From: Clostridia bacterium
GTDB taxonomy: Bacteria; Bacillota; Clostridia; UMGS1883
DNA length: 64,000 nt
NCBI GenBank assembly: GCA_045545295.1
Contig: JAZQAO010000036.1
Coordinates: forward strand, 139,029 to 203,028
Direction of reading: 5' to 3'
Shown: positions 39,050 through 46,862 of the stretch, in pieces
How the letters are laid out: each line of letters begins with the position of its first letter
How positions within the stretch are numbered: position 1 is the stretch's first letter
Translations under genes and position numbers: made by a program
The notes under the pieces: generated by a model
Database searches by the model: none
The model's input: only the letters and a program-made list of their open reading frames with translations
Told to the model about the DNA's origin: nothing

Positions 39050-39895
39050 ATGAATTTACCATTTAATATAGACTTAACAGGCAAGGTGTGTGTTGTAACA
39101 GGTGCAGGCGGTGTGCTTTGTTCTCTTTTTGCAAAGGCACTTGCATCTACCGGTGCAAAGGTAGCACTTTTAGACCTTAATATTGATGCCGCAAACGCTT
39201 TCGCAAAGGAAATCTGTGACGAGGGCGGCATAGCAAAGGGATATATTTGTAATGTGCTTGAAACTGAAAGCATACAGAAAGCACACGAAGAAATCGTAAA
39301 GGATTTCGGTACCTGTGACATTCTCATCAACGGTGCAGGTGGTAACAACCCCAAGGCAACTACTGATGACGAATACTTTACTCCCGAAGATATAGGCAAC
39401 GTAAAGACATTCTTCGACCTTGACAAGTCAGGTGTTGAGTTTGTGTTTAACCTTAACTTTCTGGGAACACTTTTGCCCACACAGGTTTTTGCAAAGGATA
39501 TGCTCGATAAGGAAGATGCAAGCATCATCAACATTTCAAGTATGAATGCGTACACACCTCTTACAAAAATTCCTGCATACAGCGGTGCAAAGGCTGCAAT
39601 TTCAAACTTTACACAGTGGCTTGCAGTACACTTTTCAAAGACAAATATCCGCTGCAACGCAATAGCACCGGGATTCTTTGTAACAAAGCAGAATGAAAAG
39701 CTTCTCTTTAACGAAGACGGAACTCCCACAGCAAGAACAGGCAAAATCCTTGCTGCAACACCTATGGACCGCTTCGGAAAAGCAGAGGAACTTATAGGAA
39801 CACTTCTTTTCCTTGTACATAAAGAGGCTTCGAGCTTTGTTAACGGTGTTGTAATCCCCGTAGACGGTGGATTCAGTGCATATAGCGGTGTATAA
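39050..39895 (+). CDS. uxuB: SDR-family oxidoreductase, D-mannonate oxidoreductase-like (YjmF/UxuB type)
   Basis: TGAGGVLC (Rossmann TGxxGxxG), NGAGGNNP and YSGAKAA (catalytic YxxxK). It sits directly after the uxuA remnant, as in uxuA-uxuB pairs. The ATG at 39050 follows GAGGA. Confidence 0.6.
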   Translation: MNLPFNIDLTGKVCVVTGAGGVLCSLFAKALASTGAKVALLDLNIDAANAFAKEICDEGGIAKGYICNVLETESIQKAHEEIVKDFGTCDILINGAGGNNPKATTDDEYFTPEDIGNVKTFFDLDKSGVEFVFNLNFLGTLLPTQVFAKDMLDKEDASIINISSMNAYTPLTKIPAYSGAKAAISNFTQWLAVHFSKTNIRCNAIAPGFFVTKQNEKLLFNEDGTPTARTGKILAATPMDRFGKAEELIGTLLFLVHKEASSFVNGVVIPVDGGFSAYSGV

Positions 39896-40167
39896 AAAGT
39901 GAACTTTACGTTGAAGTAGCATTTGTTGGATACTAAATGATAATATCAGCAACTAGCTTTGAAAAAAGCTTTTGCACAACAACTTCGGCCATCCTCTTCA
40001 TAATTAAAACTTGCCATGAGTTTTTTCATAGTGCCGGAGTTGTTGTTATAAATAAGGTATAAACTTTGCTATGAGTTTATATAAATAGTGGGGTGTTACG
40101 GACTTTGAACTGCCCCCATTTGTACAGACAGCACAAAAAAGAGTGCCTATGGTAGAAATATTAAATT

Positions 40168-41022
40168 TTAAGCAACATACTGACTTCGTTTTTCAAGCGA
40201 AGTCAGTTTTGTTTTTAGTTGTATTCTTTCATGATTGTAAAAATGTATGTATTCATCTATGAGCAAACGAGCTTCCTCATAGCTCTCAAGTTTAGTACGG
40301 TAAATACACTCTGTTTTAAGAATAGAAAAGAAATTTTCAGCTAATGCATTGTCATACGGATTTCCTTTCCTTGACATTGATGGCGTAATGTTGTATGATT
40401 TAGTTAGCTTGAAATACTGATGAGATGTGTATTGAAAGCCTTGGTCACTGTGGAGCTGCAACTCTGCAGTGACTTTTTCTTTTCTCTTTGCTTCTCTAAT
40501 TGTTAAAAGAACAAGATTCATATTCTGCTCTGTTCCGGTTCTGTAAGCAACGATACTGTTATCGTATAAATCTCTGATAACTGACAAGTACAATGTTCCT
40601 TGTTTAGTTTTGATATAGGAAATATCTGTAACCCATTTTTGATTTGGTCGTTCAGCGTTGAAATCCCTGTTTAACAAATTTGGATAACGATGCAGATGTT
40701 CGCCATAATTACGATATTTCTTTCTTCTGACAACAGATAAAAGATTGTATTTCTGCATTACACGAAGTATTGTTTTGGGATTGTGGTGTACGCCTTGTCT
40801 TTCAAGCCATATATGTACTCTACGATATCCGTAAGTTTTGCCGCAGTTTTCCTGACATTCTTTTATCTTTTCAGCAAGTGCCAAATCCTTTGCAGGTATA
40901 TTCATTCTTTTTACATAGTCATAATATCCGCTTCTTGATACATTGAAAAATCTGCACATTTCACTTATTGAATATTTATCCCTGTGACGATAGATAACCA
41001 AATATTTTACACTTGTTCTCAC
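40168..41022 (-). CDS. IS3-family transposase OrfB (DDE/rve integrase core)
   Basis: WVTDISYIKT (D), LHSDQGFQYTS (D) and NALAENFFSILKTE (E), with the spacing typical of rve-domain IS3 transposases. Confidence 0.85.
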   Translation of the reverse strand: MRTSVKYLVIYRHRDKYSISEMCRFFNVSRSGYYDYVKRMNIPAKDLALAEKIKECQENCGKTYGYRRVHIWLERQGVHHNPKTILRVMQKYNLLSVVRRKKYRNYGEHLHRYPNLLNRDFNAERPNQKWVTDISYIKTKQGTLYLSVIRDLYDNSIVAYRTGTEQNMNLVLLTIREAKRKEKVTAELQLHSDQGFQYTSHQYFKLTKSYNITPSMSRKGNPYDNALAENFFSILKTECIYRTKLESYEEARLLIDEYIHFYNHERIQLKTKLTSLEKRSQYVA

Positions 41023-41282
41023 TTCCTTTCGATGAGCGAGAGAAAATCCCGCATTAGTTCATTTTCCATTTCTAATGTCTTTATCCTTGCATCTTTGCGA
41101 GTGAGAATATATTTCAATGCATCAATTTTATCTTGCTTTTTATTATATCGGGTAATGAAGTTTTCATATTGTTTTTTACTGAATCCAAATTTCTCGCAGA
41201 TTTGTCTACTCGTATAGCCATTATTCTTTAATTCAATAATTTCTTTTTCATATTCTTGTATATGACGATAACTTCTTGGCAT
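41019..41282 (-). CDS. IS3-family transposase OrfA (HTH)
   Basis: 87 aa: NNGYTSRQICEKFGFSKKQYENFITRY helix-turn-helix plus a leucine-zipper-like tail. RBS AGGAGG. The stop TGA overlaps the GTG of orfB (AGTGA). Confidence 0.8.
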   Translation of the reverse strand: MPRSYRHIQEYEKEIIELKNNGYTSRQICEKFGFSKKQYENFITRYNKKQDKIDALKYILTRKDARIKTLEMENELMRDFLSLIERK

Positions 41283-41406
41283 AAAAATACCTCCTATGGT
41301 TTTTCCTATTATACCATAGGAGGCTCTTTTTTTCTATTGTCCGTTTTTACTGGTTCTGTTCAGAAAAGTGTTAGAAAGCACTCTTTTTCAGAAAAATTCA
41401 AGGCAT

Positions 41407-41441
41407 AAGAAAAACCGCTTAACCTTATTGGTTAAGCGGTT
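41407..41441 (-). terminator. Rho-independent terminator downstream of tRNA-Arg
   Basis: Perfect 12-bp stem AACCGCTTAACC/GGTTAAGCGGTT (41413-41424 / 41430-41441) with a 5-nt loop, followed on the minus strand by TTTCTT. Confidence 0.75.
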
Positions 41442-41446
41442 CTTTA

Positions 41447-41523
41447 TGGCGTGCTTGGAGGGATTCGAACCCCCGACCCTTTGGTTCGTAGCCAAATACT
41501 CTATCCAACTGAGCTACAAGCAC
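41447..41523 (-). tRNA. tRNA-Arg (anticodon ACG), CCA encoded
   Basis: Manual cloverleaf on the minus strand: GTGCTTG-TA-GCTC-AGTTGGATA-GAGT-A-TTTGG-CTACGAA-CCAAA-GGGTC-GGGGG-TTCGAAT-CCCTC-CAAGCAC-G-CCA. Confidence 0.85.
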
Positions 41524-41660
41524 GTATTAAATTATATAAATGTTCGAATCCTAGGGATTCTACCCGTTTGCGGTGCCCGAAGACTCGCTGCTGACGCAAC
41601 TCGCTTTTCGACCGCTGCACAGCTCTGCACCCTCGCTTCATCTGCCACCGGCAGCGCTCA

Positions 41661-41721
41661 GGTTCGATTCCCCCGACCCTTTGTGCTAGCCAAATACTCT
41701 AGGGAGCTGAGCTACAAGCAC
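41661..41721 (-). pseudogene. Degenerate tRNA-Arg-like duplicate, 198 bp upstream of the intact gene
   Basis: It shares GTGCTTGTAGCTCAG, AGAGTATTTGGCTA and GGGTCGGGGG with the intact tRNA. The D-loop is altered, the anticodon loop is 2 nt short, the T-loop reads AATCGAA, and the 3' acceptor strand is missing. Confidence 0.6.
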
Positions 41722-41739
41722 ATTTCAAACGTAAATTAT

Positions 41740-41768
41740 ATAATAACATACAAAGCATAAAAAAGCAA
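41740..41768 (-). promoter_or_regulatory. Candidate sigma-A promoter upstream of the tRNA-like copy and tRNA-Arg
   Basis: Minus strand: TTGCTT (41768-41763), 17 nt, TATTAT (41745-41740), about 19 nt upstream of the tRNA-like 5' end. Confidence 0.4.
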
Positions 41769-41821
41769 GTGTTTTTTTAGAAAAATTTAAAAAAATATGT
41801 GCTGGTTAAATAAAATGTTTT

Positions 41822-41920
41822 GGGGAGTGGAAAAGAGGTCAGAACGGACGAATTGAACCCCGAAGGGGCTTGCCGAAGCTGTATGAGATACAGCGAGAGT
41901 TGAAATTCGTTCGTAGCAAA
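41822..41920 (-). repeat. B-family intergenic hairpin repeat, short form (copy B3)
   Basis: Its reverse complement aligns with 8261-8590 and 63389-63489. The termini CTTTTGCTACGAACGAATTTCAAC...TTCAATTCGTCCGTTCTGAC..TTTTCCACTCCCC enclose the small hairpins CTGTATCTCATACAG and CCCCTTCGGGG. Confidence 0.6.
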
Positions 41921-41924
41921 AGGA

Positions 41925-41962
41925 TTGAAAATAAAGAAAGACCGTATAAAATACGGCCTTTC
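41925..41962 (-). terminator. Rho-independent terminator after the NagB-like gene
   Basis: Minus strand GAAAGGCCGTA-loop-TACGGTCTTTC (11-bp stem, one mismatch), followed by TTTATTTTC. Confidence 0.6.
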
Positions 41963-42049
41963 AACAATAATAAATTGTTTAATGGTTTCAGAATTATTAA
42001 TTCTGTTTGTTTTCTTTTTGCGTTCTGGACTTTTTTACACCCACAAAAA

Positions 42050-43021
42050 TTAATATCCAACCTTTTCCCAGCATTCGAAGGGAGCAGCGAGTTCTTCGCT
42101 GATGTAAACCTGAGTCTTCTTTGTCTGAAGCATTGAAGAGGGAAGATAAGGTGTGATAGGACCGTGTGTGCAAAGACGGCTTGTCATTCTCTGCCATGAA
42201 GAGAATGTACCGCAGGTTGCAAGTGCGTGAACTTCGATTCTTTCCTTAGCACGCATTACATCGAGAGGTCCGATAGTTGCAGCACAGGGAGGAACATTAG
42301 CGATATCACCTGACTGACCGAATGTACCGTTAAGTGAGTTCTGCATAATTGTCATGGGATGAAGCTTAACAATCTGTGCAGGCTGGTTGAGCCATTCTTC
42401 GATGTCACCGCTTCCGATGAATTCAGGAATAGGATCAACAAATGCCATATGACCTGCCCATCCGGGAGATGTTGATGCGATATCAGCACCTGTACCTTCT
42501 GTGATATCATCAATAATCTTGGAGTAATCCTTGATGTTTGCATTTGTGGGGAAGTGAACGTTTTCCATAGGCATACGGAGCTTTTCATCGATCTGACCGT
42601 AAAGGTACTTAATCATAGAATGAGCAAAGCCTGCTTCGTATGTGATAGGAGCGATGTTTCCGTTTTCGTCAGCCCATTCGTCCTCTGCTACAAGGTGAAC
42701 CTTGCTACAGTCAACACCGAAGTAGTTAATAAGCTGTGCAAGAGGGATATATGTATCAGGCTCGGGATTGCCGAGGATCATAGTAAAGCTCTTACCTGCT
42801 TCTGAAGCAGCTCTGAGACGCTCAAAAAGTGTTGCGATGAGAACAGGATGGGGGTTCATCATAACCTTTACGTTGAACTCCGGATGCCACCAGTCTTCTC
42901 TCTTCTCAAGGTCCTTGCCGCTAAGGCTACGAACGTATTCACAAACCTTCTTGTCCTTGAAGGGGACAAACTCATGAGGCTGGAAATCAAATTTTGTTGC
43001 GGGATCTGTAATAAAACTCAT
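42050..43021 (-). CDS. Glucosamine-6-phosphate deaminase / 6-phosphogluconolactonase superfamily protein (NagB-like, extended)
   Basis: The ATG at 43021 follows AAGGAGAAG; the track start at 43066 adds 15 poorly supported codons. TMILGNPEPDTYIPLAQLIN, VHLVAEDEW and GADIASTSPGWAGHMAFVDP resemble the sugar-phosphate isomerase/deaminase fold. Confidence 0.5.
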   Translation of the reverse strand: MSFITDPATKFDFQPHEFVPFKDKKVCEYVRSLSGKDLEKREDWWHPEFNVKVMMNPHPVLIATLFERLRAASEAGKSFTMILGNPEPDTYIPLAQLINYFGVDCSKVHLVAEDEWADENGNIAPITYEAGFAHSMIKYLYGQIDEKLRMPMENVHFPTNANIKDYSKIIDDITEGTGADIASTSPGWAGHMAFVDPIPEFIGSGDIEEWLNQPAQIVKLHPMTIMQNSLNGTFGQSGDIANVPPCAATIGPLDVMRAKERIEVHALATCGTFSSWQRMTSRLCTHGPITPYLPSSMLQTKKTQVYISEELAAPFECWEKVGY

Positions 43022-43066
43022 TTTTTTCTTCTCCTTTATTTTATAATTAATTAAATTTTTTACCAT

Positions 43067-43250
43067 ATAGAAAATTGAGTATTCTATCGCGAGGCGCTTC
43101 GTCCTTTTTTTAATTTATGGGAAATTGCGTTTTTTATCGCGAGCAATATTTGTGGGTTTTAAGTTAAGTTTGGACGCGACGTGGGTGAAGCGGCACGCTT
43201 CTTTTTTATTCAGTCGGGACGCGAAATGGGTGAAGCGGCACGCTTCTTCA
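43067..43250 (+). repeat. D-family repeat units (2-3 degenerate copies)
   Basis: GACGCGACGTGGGTGAAGCGGCACGCTTCTTTTTT (43173-43207) and GACGCGAAATGGGTGAAGCGGCACGCTTCTTC (43218-43249) match the core of the 63.6-kb tandem array. The upstream GAAAATTGAG...TATCGCGAGGCGCTTCGTCCTTTTTTT is a diverged unit. Confidence 0.65.
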
Positions 43251-44384
43251 ACTTAACTGTTCACCGCCAAGGATAACGTGCTTAACATCAAACTGATGGT
43301 CGACAAATATAAGGTCGGCACGTCTGCCTTTTGCGATTAAGCCTCTATCAGTAAGTGAAAGAAGCTTTGAGGGGTTAGTGGATGCATACTTGAACACATC
43401 GCACACTGAACCGCCTGTGTGTACCATCATATTGTGGCACGCTACATCAAGGGTGAGCTTGCTTCCTGCGATGTCACCGCCCCAGTCGAAGTTGATGTCG
43501 TGCGCTTCTTCAAGACCGGGAATCGGAGGACCGTCTGCAACGAACGCATCGGCAATCAGGATGATTTTATCCTGTCCCTTGATTTTCTTTATAAGTCTGA
43601 TGTTATAGGGGTGAACGTGTACACCCATTGAATCGCAGATGATTTCCGCGTAAATATCCTGGTTGTAGTTAACTGTTTCATCAACACATACGCCACGCAC
43701 CTCGGGATAATTTTCAAGAGTACCTGTTGCATTTGTGTGGTGAGTACCAAGCTTAAGACCGTAGGGCATAAGTGCCTCAATCTGTGCGGGAGTAGCCTCT
43801 GAATGAGCTACAGAGAACACAATTTCGGGAATTTCACGTTTTACATACTTAACGAAATCTTCAATTCCCTCTCTTTCGGGGGCTACGCACCAAACCTTTG
43901 CAAAGCCTTTTGCAGCCTCAACAATTTCAGCGTAGTCCTTTTCAACAATGGCATCTTTCCATACGTTCTTTTCCTTATCACAACCAAAGTCGGGGTTAAG
44001 GTAAGGTCCCTCCATATAAACGCCCATAAGGTTACGGCATTCACCGTTTGCGATTGCTTCGCGGTATTTCCTGAAAGTTTCAAGATGCTCTTCCTTATTC
44101 ATACTGTAGAAAAGTGCGGGAAGAACAGAAGTAACACCGTGCTTAAGAAGTGTTCTTGAACACTTAACGGGGTCTTCGTGGAAATATGTTTCACCGTCAG
44201 CGTGAGTGTGGATATCAATAAGACCGGGACCAACATAAAGCCCCTCTGCATCAATAACCTCACAACCGTCAGGAATAGGTAATTTTTTGCCGAAATCAAC
44301 TATTTTTCCGTCCTCCATAAGGATTACGGCATCGGGAATATAGTGGTCAGCCATAACAAGAATTGCATTTTTTACAGCAAGCAT
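43248..44384 (-). CDS. N-acetylglucosamine-6-phosphate deacetylase-like amidohydrolase (NagA family)
   Basis: PGLIDIHTHADG, YMEGPYLNPDFG, VAHSEATPAQ, GTHHTNA, AEIICDSMGVHVHP and LIADAF are colinear with the conserved NagA blocks. Confidence 0.6.
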   Translation of the reverse strand: MLAVKNAILVMADHYIPDAVILMEDGKIVDFGKKLPIPDGCEVIDAEGLYVGPGLIDIHTHADGETYFHEDPVKCSRTLLKHGVTSVLPALFYSMNKEEHLETFRKYREAIANGECRNLMGVYMEGPYLNPDFGCDKEKNVWKDAIVEKDYAEIVEAAKGFAKVWCVAPEREGIEDFVKYVKREIPEIVFSVAHSEATPAQIEALMPYGLKLGTHHTNATGTLENYPEVRGVCVDETVNYNQDIYAEIICDSMGVHVHPYNIRLIKKIKGQDKIILIADAFVADGPPIPGLEEAHDINFDWGGDIAGSKLTLDVACHNMMVHTGGSVCDVFKYASTNPSKLLSLTDRGLIAKGRRADLIFVDHQFDVKHVILGGEQLS

Positions 44385-44388
44385 AGTC

Positions 44389-45732
44389 TTATTTCAAGCT
44401 TGTAAGAAGCTCTTTTCCTTCCTTAATGATAAATTCGGCAACGCCTGCCTTGAAGCGTGAGCTTCTTGCCTCATAACCGCCCTCATCATAAGAGTCCTGC
44501 ATGGGGAAGTAACCCTCACTACCGTTTGAAAGACAACAGGGAAGAACCATACCGAAGCCTTCTGTAGCCTTAAGACCTACACCGATACCTGTGAAAGGCT
44601 CACCGGGGATACCGATGATTGCAACGGGACCAATCTTAAGTGCTGAAAGACGCATATCAAATGCATCGGGACCGTTTTCAAGTCTTACCATTCTGCCTGC
44701 TTCTGCAACAACAGTTGTAAGCATCATACCTTCATAGGGAAGCTCACTGTCCTTACCTGCGTTGTGGAGGTCGTTAATTCTGTGAGCCTCGGGCATATCC
44801 TTGGGGTCAGGTCTGTTTGAGGGAACGTTAATAACAATCTGCTTTGATACAAGGCTGTCAACGTCAACATACTCAACCTTGTCATAAGCCTGAAGTACAC
44901 CGCCTGTAACAACTCTTGCAATATATTTTGCGTGAGCGTAACCTCTTGATACGTCGTCAAAGTCCATAAACATATCGTTGAGGTAGCCGCCTGTGGGATG
45001 AACGTTGACGTGGTTTACATCGCCCTGTGCACCGTTGAAGAAGATACACTTTGTGTTGTCAAGAATCTTTTCAACAGTACCGCGGAGAAGTCCGGGCCAG
45101 TCTGCAGAAATCTTACAACCGCCAACAACGTCGGGATGGTTTGCAAAGTTTACGTATACGATAGACTCTGCACCCTCACGGTCAAAACGCATTACGTTAA
45201 CGCTTTCATCAGTGTCACCAATAGGACGAACAATATCGGGGTTGTTAACACCGGGGTTAGTTTTGATGCTGCCGTCACGCATTACATAGCGACGAACAAA
45301 TGCAACATTGGGTGCAGTACCCTTACCGTAGCCCATCTTTGCATCCTTGAGGTCCTCGAGTGCGAACTGTGCGGCATCTACAATCTTACGGCCGACAAAA
45401 GAAGTATATTCCTTTACAAGCTCATTTTCAGTCACTCTTTCAAGTGCGGGAGCAGTGTGGGTATGTGTAGCTGAAATAATGATGTTTTCCGCAGGAACAC
45501 CCGTTGCATCACTGATTGCTTTTATGTAGTCGTTACAAAGATTCTGCTCAATACCGCAGTGGTCAACTGTGATAAGAAGTGTCTTTGTATCCCCTGACAC
45601 AAGTGCAAGAGCGTTAATCTCAAGCTCGTCAAGAACTCCATCGGCAAAACGGGGCTTGAAATAGCCGCGAATCGGAATGCCCATAGGAGGGGTTATATTT
45701 ACTCTGCCAAAACCGGCTTTTAGATTGTTCAT
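44389..45732 (-). CDS. Neutral/alkaline ceramidase-like N-terminal-domain protein (paralog 1 of 3)
   Basis: GFGRVNITPPMGIPIRGY, DELEINALAL, ISATHTHTAP (THTH metal motif) and FANHPDV. RBS GGAGG. No signal peptide. Confidence 0.55.
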   Translation of the reverse strand: MNNLKAGFGRVNITPPMGIPIRGYFKPRFADGVLDELEINALALVSGDTKTLLITVDHCGIEQNLCNDYIKAISDATGVPAENIIISATHTHTAPALERVTENELVKEYTSFVGRKIVDAAQFALEDLKDAKMGYGKGTAPNVAFVRRYVMRDGSIKTNPGVNNPDIVRPIGDTDESVNVMRFDREGAESIVYVNFANHPDVVGGCKISADWPGLLRGTVEKILDNTKCIFFNGAQGDVNHVNVHPTGGYLNDMFMDFDDVSRGYAHAKYIARVVTGGVLQAYDKVEYVDVDSLVSKQIVINVPSNRPDPKDMPEAHRINDLHNAGKDSELPYEGMMLTTVVAEAGRMVRLENGPDAFDMRLSALKIGPVAIIGIPGEPFTGIGVGLKATEGFGMVLPCCLSNGSEGYFPMQDSYDEGGYEARSSRFKAGVAEFIIKEGKELLTSLK

Positions 45733-45789
45733 TTAAAAAACCTCCAATGTTTTTGTCCGAAAGTACGGACAGTATATTATTACTACTAA

Positions 45790-45818
45790 ATAATATCATT
45801 AAAAAACGGCTCTGTCAA
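45790..45818 (-). promoter_or_regulatory. Candidate sigma-A promoter for the operon 45732->42050
   Basis: Minus strand TTGACA (45818-45813), 17 nt, TATTAT (45795-45790). Confidence 0.55.
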
Positions 45819-45895
45819 CACGAAAAACAGCGAAAACTTCTTTTAAGACTGAAAAATTTTAATTTCGAATAGGTTTCGGTAATGAATAAAACTGA

Positions 45896-45940
45896 AACAA
45901 AATAATAAGAGGATGTAAAAATTGGTTTTTTTACATCCTC
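45896..45940 (-). terminator. Rho-independent terminator after the DMT permease gene
   Basis: Perfect 13-bp stem GAGGATGTAAAAA/TTTTTACATCCTC (45909-45921 / 45928-45940), followed on the minus strand by TTATTATTTTGTTT. Confidence 0.75.
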
Positions 45941-45945
45941 CGGTA

Positions 45946-46794
45946 CTAAATGCTAAGAAAAATTATTGCCAGTATTCCCATAATAAATCCGCATAATTGG
46001 TTTTTTGAAATTTTTTCCTTATAAACAAGAAGTGATATTAAAAACGTTACGATTATTCCTCCCGCGGAAATAAGGGGAAACATTATCGATGCAGACATAC
46101 TTTCCGAAAGAATCATAACAAAAAGATTGACGATGCCTGCCATAATCCCGGATATACCTGCAGGAATCCATATATGTCGCATTACCGGTTTCAGAGATGT
46201 TCTTTCTTTTAACAGCGAAACGGTAAAAAGAAAAACAGTTACAACAGCAAGCGCGATTATCATAAATTCATTTTTATACTCTCCGTTAAATTTCACCTGC
46301 TGCATTTTCTGAAATACGGAGCACATCCCATTACCTAAAAAGGCAAGAAAAACATAAAGAACCCAGCGGGGTGTGGAAGTATAAGCTTCATTTTTTTTGT
46401 TAATTAAAAACAGTGAAACAGCAAGTATAACTATTCCGACAGGAAGAAAAACAGAGACAGATTCCTTTAAAAAAATAATCCCGTAAAACGTCGGTAACAT
46501 AAGAGAATAAGAAGTTACAAGTGACGTTAGCGAAAGTGAACCGCATTCTATGGCAAGAGTTAAAAAAAGTGTTGCAACAAGAAAAGATCCTGCAAATAAT
46601 ACTGAATAAATCAGCATTCCGGGAACCCACCGGAACGTTTTTGTTGTTATTATAAAAAACAGCATAGCAAAAAAAGTTGTCAGCGCGGACAACAAATAAA
46701 CACCGGTATTTCCGGCTTTTTGAGTGTAATATTTTTTTGATATATTTTGTGCTGCGACACCTGTTATGATAGAAATCAGAAGTAAAGTATTCAT
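45946..46794 (-). CDS. DMT/EamA-like 10-TM permease
   Basis: 282 aa, hydrophobic throughout. RBS AAAGGAAA. Same architecture as 20866..21750. Confidence 0.55.
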   Translation of the reverse strand: MNTLLLISIITGVAAQNISKKYYTQKAGNTGVYLLSALTTFFAMLFFIITTKTFRWVPGMLIYSVLFAGSFLVATLFLTLAIECGSLSLTSLVTSYSLMLPTFYGIIFLKESVSVFLPVGIVILAVSLFLINKKNEAYTSTPRWVLYVFLAFLGNGMCSVFQKMQQVKFNGEYKNEFMIIALAVVTVFLFTVSLLKERTSLKPVMRHIWIPAGISGIMAGIVNLFVMILSESMSASIMFPLISAGGIIVTFLISLLVYKEKISKNQLCGFIMGILAIIFLSI

Positions 46795-46812
46795 TTAGTT
46801 TTCCTTTCTTTG

Positions 46813-46841
46813 TTGCATTTTCTTCCCTCTAGTGATAAAAT
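46813..46841 (+). promoter_or_regulatory. Candidate promoter of the PocR-AraC regulator gene
   Basis: TTGCAT (46813-18), 17 nt, TAAAAT (46836-41), then RBS GGAGGGA and the GTG at 46863. Confidence 0.45.
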
Positions 46842-46862
46842 GACATAAAAGGAGGGAGAAAA

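Larger units (their letters stand above)
40106..41362 (-). mobile_element. IS3-family insertion sequence (1257 bp) with imperfect ~50-bp terminal inverted repeats, TGAAC...GTTCA
   Basis: Two overlapping ORFs (HTH orfA, DDE orfB). The ends are 40106 TGAACTGCC... and ...GGTTCTGTTCA 41362, and share the blocks ACRGACA, AAAAAAGAG and CCTATGGTA. The flanks (CTT | GAA) show no direct repeat. Confidence 0.8.

Noticed and set aside
41655-41680. A + strand GGTTCGATTCC T-loop consensus, suggesting a + strand tRNA.
   Set aside because: The flanking bases cannot form a T-stem or acceptor stem, so no cloverleaf can be drawn. It is the mutated reverse complement of the minus-strand tRNA-like copy.
41368-41760. 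The 130-aa + strand ORF spanning the tRNA region.
   Set aside because: It runs antisense through tRNA-Arg, its terminator and the tRNA-like copy. It has an Ala/Arg/Leu-rich, GC-driven composition and no RBS.
39900-42050. A genomic island or prophage junction at the tRNA.
   Set aside because: There is no integrase, no phage or conjugation genes, and no 3'-tRNA direct repeat. Only an IS3 element and small repeats are present.
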